DNA of 64,000 nucleotides from Obrimoposthia wandeli (Eukaryota): NCBI GenBank assembly GCA_977020255.1, contig CDROCS010000410.1, positions 434,001 to 498,000 of the forward strand, read 5' to 3'. Shown piece by piece: positions 63,501 to 64,000 of this stretch (position 1 is its first letter; each line of letters starts with the position of its first letter). The notes under the pieces were generated by a model. It saw only the letters and a program-made list of their open reading frames with translations, ran no database searches and was not told where the DNA came from. The position numbers and the translations under genes were made by a program.

Positions 63501-63909
63501 CATCGCCACTGATGCCTTTGCGCGTTAAAGCATTATAAGCAGCAACACCGCTATACTTTACATTGCCATGATTACCGGTATGGTCAATAGATACCCCACC
63601 AGCGGCTCCGGCAAAAGAAACATTACCATCGCCATTTTTATTTATGTCTGCATATCCTGCTGCACCGTAAACATCTAGATTACCAGTACTGTCTTCAACT
63701 TTCAGGTAAGCAGCGCCCGCATATACTTTATCGTTTCCACTGCCTGTATTTACGGAGGCTCCGATAGAACCAACAGTGATAGTATCATCGCCCCCATAAG
63801 CCTTTATTTCTCCGCCAAATCCAATCGCAACAATGTTATTGTTACCATCATCAGCAGAATAATTTCCCGTAAAGAAGTACTCAACACTTCTCCAAAATGG
63901 TTTACCCAT
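51586..63909 (-). CDS. rtxA: MARTX toxin RtxA (ACD + MLD + ExoY-like cyclase + CPD)
   Basis: Start MGKPFWRSVEYFFTGNYSADD; Gly-rich TKVGDG repeats; ACD GIENELSG; ExoY KGLFVKAKSS/TADYDL; CPD VGHG/IVGC; C-terminal GGxGxD repeats. Confidence 0.97.
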   Translation of the reverse strand: MGKPFWRSVEYFFTGNYSADDGNNNIVAIGFGGEIKAYGGDDTITVGSIGASVNTGSGNDKVYAGAAYLKVEDSTGNLDVYGAAGYADINKNGDGNVSFAGAAGGVSIDHTGNHGNVKYSGVAAYNALTRKGISGDVTFEGAGGHNRLWHETNQGNLHFVGAGAGNKLDRTWFNSYQGSSGDVSFNGIGAANSVSSRVETGNISFQGAGADNQLVRKGKVGDITFQGAGASNRIERTRQADDVYSETRGDIQFEGIGAYNSIYSDVAHGDINFSGAGAYNEITRKGTKNDFEGKGLEDANANEIVLTSANLGGKWIKESQAVNGVKSTTEANTYLFAFADATYTKISKVKLHNDPVTGKLSYYATSWYKKGNHLTDLADQQISSENCFVNVKRNGAYTLSKLKVDHQQSVTVHAIEKKLTEYEWITYGGGTSIDAADVTLSDSKMGGPSISTVGTKIDVQSVKSNSKPNTYIYASLQGPYTKIVVVELANDPESGELKYRAIPWYKRGDYTPNIANENISAGNGYKHAGYSLSDLQYSVDTVRVTSDLVENIEEYSEKTLIEASTDSGESSGDVRFIGAGGGNVIKSNVTRGNVYFDGAGIANVITHSSDFGNTEFNGVGAANVIVKSGQQGDLTFHGAGLGNVLVHQSKQGKMDVWAGGLVNVLVRVGDGEYLVHLLAYGNISVQQGNGDSRVVMFGGYNTHTQIGNGSGTWVAAGGFNVMTQVGDGDITSVLVGGANVLTKIGDGDLTSGMIGGANIITHISGDEQSSDTTSVALGGLNVLTKKGKGNALAVMAGGGNVLTHIGDGSTTGVMIGGANVLTKVGDGNTTGIMLGLGNVLTHIGNGQTLGVMGAVGNVFTKVGDGTAIAAMVGAANIFTHVGEGDSWALMGGLGNVFTKIGDGNSLALMIAEVNVFTHIGNGTTVALMLAKGNIATKVGNGMTMAAMVGNANIFTHVGDGDTFAAMIGQANILTKVGNDLTAALMVGQANIYTHVGDGTSIGILAGEANIMTKVGDGTTLAAMFGKANIMTHVGDGLSGVLALGQANIVTKVGDGFMGVVAAAKANVVTHVGDGTTAAVMLGEGNILTKVGDGTTVGLLISKVGNIMTHVGDGMTIGVAKGKANIITKVGDGLGVNVAWGEANILTHVGDGDRYNFAKGKANIITKVGDGQEVSVVHGKANIITHVGDGDDYTGAWGEANIITKVGDGRNVVLAKGNANIVTQIGDGDSFNALWSKGNIVTKVGDGMQVTAAKGKANIVTTIGNGLSVTATYGDLNINTKVGDGISVNVAWGKYNINTKVGDGLNVAVMKGKANANIQVGDGLGINASYAQNNVAIKIGNGDFYSLSVASSNTKSNKLSSLFDNIKQTVLGMAGSQGINFLVQGDDASTSASRKGRGAIATPEISKLNGFQMEEIAEVGSELGDSMSGGVTDVETPDVAAMKSELNVDEDAQSTENPNLIANGDFEQGAQGWLSTNGIEASYSGSVYGVDNAGHGAIVNELATNVNTTIYQDIQSLESGEVLSLSFDFVQRAGLSAGHGMQVLWNGSIVFSASGDESTWQQQTLQLTAQTGNNRIEFKGTGESNGLGYILDNVVAKSEKIAATSAVSDSAQQNKAAANALNDKEKAEADAQRLQQEKDQQLAAVSGSQKQLEATDQNALKTNGQAEREALAVEQRDITKELTDLTQGLDALDGQDNYQGESGDSWRDNFAGGILDNVQSKLDDAKSNSNEQLDKAAQQNIQNQQDTQAAVAKSESGVAKGEENQANAQHDINDAKANANSRQDEALVNQQDALLAKTNANADSNQALQRGEQDSSAAQKKSSQAQADAKGTKQDEDDKPDRNGASGSGLSGKAYEAQAAAENTSHVDANSEVAADGRYSEGLTEQELEALEGAKEAVNRLQINTGIRANNTGSAVTEMFTHTGSRDVTVETVVGDRGHITRETIDYAKVNLDGLSGEQDNQRLQQSRSKVVPEFNSHFDTTSIGIENELSGLVVVLPKNSTQKFGYVHDAEGNPLFMLTKDMNQGGYSNPAGISDIKDVSNWQTHTIELVTYPSETSDKKAVESRKEAMLWLAKEFTSHINDSNHKNLSNIVSQDNRFTLVISNSNHLVAAGNGTALEAHGQTIGMTPSGQQATMAVNAKAFGMSSSPELKLLESASWYKSSLQDEFSEIANNVTLDDPMTAKNVFAYLTSIYSKTADLAKEYGLYINDWDPVAEGFTPNAQGLTDPKVKNAWEILPRTRPAKMLDLLSKQDSIYVRQRISAKLKSTHSDTLAKNVFEYFQYGGEVAGHAINNATTGSAQSPEPAILFEFRAVPNELSDYVPKTQSTAKLDVKVLDQFDSINRRVIIAKVNELVNGNDDFDTWYQAYRESEGLPPVKNPQRSASANHKAEWVRSQVPEQWTIITTQHVSDDAHSKAGVPLGTTTMPTEELESLGSGDNKEVTLDTESVSQDKPKTELMSVADLLETAYVKGKIRGESYQKVIDALAHYHTTSGDNVDSELDAMVNLRQQVEGYLLGHPDSGRVSALNALLSQVSQNIEVGDNTISQDTFSTLEDRHQTEGGNVVPDSLTNREESGDIDRPYQSRDLLLEPIKQREIIELGMPEADQKVLADIAERENVIIAVRPVDEKSKSLIASKMYSSKGLFVKAKSSDWGPMSGFIPVDQSFAKGSARRELDKFNAYAQQSINTGNAVSADLYLNDVRVHELVSKYHSLTSLELDAESGMYKTTATNGEQSTEFFLKKVTVDDGELWQVHYLKDGELAPFKVIGDPVSKQPMTADYDLLTVMHSYGDLGPKDKVKQPMTWEQWKDSVTYEDLSLKQKALFDSEALFTKKDGESLGIVSDRLKELKDVINTGLGRNNGLEMVHHGADDANPYAVMADNFPATFFVPKSFFTEDGLGDGKGAIQTYFNVNDQGAVVISNPQEFSNFQQVAINANYRASLNEKWNEGLADPLFTKKRKLSHDYLDARDVLAKKLNGEVISTVSKTLNPDSKLEQLNGHTVNNKNVESWNKVTVTPQNDGGDTRFDGQLIIQTENDPVAAKAAANLAGKHPDSSVVVQLDADGKYRVVYGDPSKLAGKLRWQIVGHGRDASDNNNTRLSGYSATELAANLVQFNEDFSQAKNINSKPEYISIVGCSLISTDKQKGFAKMFITAMAESDLRTDVSARSSEVAIDATGHKHTRDVDDQWAQKLVDNKVVLSWNDQGDVTVREEAVRNTIAEGDIDLSRVGLSENDGVARGAIADNADVFTAPEKRKDKVETSSSDKSDNKVSYSGNIQVNVGDGEFTALNWGTSNVGIKVGTGGFKSLAFGDNNVMVHIGNGDSKHSVDMGGYQALEGAQMFIGNRNVSFNMGRSNDLIVMMDKSIPTPPLVNPFDGAARISGVLQSISASGKDQDWLAAQDSQWTLAGVSKYVKDMSGLDQTSSVDYTTLVNLDSQHERSSRGLKSDTEATLNKKYNEWLGGNNSSDSSKMSRSDKLRQKNEELAFNLAVGGRGADIQVTTGNWNFMFGDNIQSILDTNLGSLFGLMTQQFSVTGKAGTTFTYNPQDLPRQLQNKLLGKLAGVGADTTLADIFAVDYTADGQIVARNGEAVDGVAILTEMVEVVAEFGGEQLKSFIDPSTLLDSLKSSLDMGKDGLNSFVESHGLKDKAPEELENKATVSVNAETDSQAKAVTTDEVAGKEERPFGFNALNLPNLFATIFSADKQSEMKSLVTNLKGNLTADLLNMKEATFDFLRNSGHLQGDGDVNVSLGNYNFNWGGDGKDLGAYLGDNNNFWGGRGDDVYYATGTSNIFTGGEGNDMGVLMGRENMMFGGDGDDTAVVAGRINHVFMGDGNDQAFVFGEGGTIESGSGQDYVVTSGNYNSIQAGDGQDYVVTIGNNNQIDLGNGDDFSNVFGNYNRIDGKAGNDVIKLMGYHAVIDAGADDDHLIAASISKFSEIDGGEGNDLLVLGGYSNNFQGGTGIDSFMVNVNVIDNQVTDISKDDFIVFNDVNWNDLWLQRNGEDLQVKVNRKVDYTSAQAKFESIGLVTFTGYFADNRAELVISMDAKQESGERDYTALSNGAVDNLVQAMSGFEPSAGDAGFMDQLDNGAKHKIALAWGNVNKGTGHIA
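54310..54900 (-). other. Cysteine protease domain (CPD, C80) of RtxA
   Basis: WQIVGHG (His about aa 3085) and SIVGCSL (Cys about aa 3134), 49 aa apart. Confidence 0.92.
54980..56165 (-). other. ExoY-like adenylate cyclase effector domain of RtxA
   Basis: KGLFVKAKSSDWGP (about 55951-55990), TADYDL (55567-55584), VHHG. Confidence 0.88.
56300..56544 (-). other. Four-helix-bundle membrane localisation domain (RID-type) in RtxA
   Basis: ELMSVADLL...GKIRGESYQKVIDAL...LRQQVEGYLLGHPDSGRVSALNALLSQV. Confidence 0.8.
56800..58030 (-). other. Actin cross-linking domain (ACD) of RtxA
   Basis: GIENE (E1986/E1988), TKD (D2021), TIEL (E2048), FEFR; spacing matches V. cholerae ACD catalytic residues. Confidence 0.9.
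59900..62100 (-). repeat. MARTX Gly-rich repeat region (about 19-aa G-x-ANI-x-T-K/H-VGDG repeats)
   Basis: Dozens of consecutive TKVGDG/THVGDG units in the RtxA translation. Confidence 0.9.
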
Positions 63910-63931
63910 AGCAAATCTCTTTAATGTTTAT

Positions 63932-64000
63932 TTAAATAGAAAACCACTGCACACTTCGAGTGCAGAGATTGGTTTGTGTATCTAACTTACCGCGGACAGT
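63932..64000 (-). CDS. rtxC: 3' end of RTX acyltransferase RtxC (partial, runs off the window)
   Basis: Last 22 codons TVRGKLDTQTNLCTRSVQWFSI* resemble the RtxC C-terminus as I recall it from Vibrio; ends 22 nt before the rtxA start. Confidence 0.7.
   Translation of the reverse strand, partial: TVRGKLDTQTNLCTRSVQWFSI

Overview
This is a chromosomal window from an AT-rich marine gammaproteobacterium. A Vibrionales/Moritella/Psychromonas-like origin is my inference from gene content, not a database result. From left to right it holds: a YhaJ-like LysR with DoxX, YqjG and pirin genes; a trehalose cluster (treC, treB, treR, glk, LamB-type porin) with four TreR-type operators; small detox/regulatory genes; a kinase + CysQ-like pair; torS/torT/torR without torCAD; manA-uhpT-uhpABC; assorted LysR pairs; a DUF411 gene with a Cys-rich upstream ORF; mscS; an OsmC fusion; a Fur-boxed siderophore ABC + TonB receptor cluster; an imine-reductase-like gene; an M50 protease; and a complete 4107-aa MARTX toxin (rtxA) with the 3' end of rtxC at the window edge. 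The most interesting signals are: (1) a MARTX cargo of ACD + an orphan RID-type membrane-localisation domain + an ExoY-like cyclase; (2) an orphan pair of TorR boxes pointing into a gene-free, terminator-bounded stretch of about 230 nt with anti-Shine-Dalgarno motifs, a candidate TMAO-responsive sRNA; (3) a duplicated UhpA-type promoter architecture upstream of both uhpT and manA; (4) a possible copper-sensing leader ORF upstream of DUF411; (5) an orphan LexA box, plus fossils of a tyrosine recombinase, an IS6 element and an SDR gene. I found no tRNA, rRNA or CRISPR array. All family calls come from motifs read by eye, and no searches were run.
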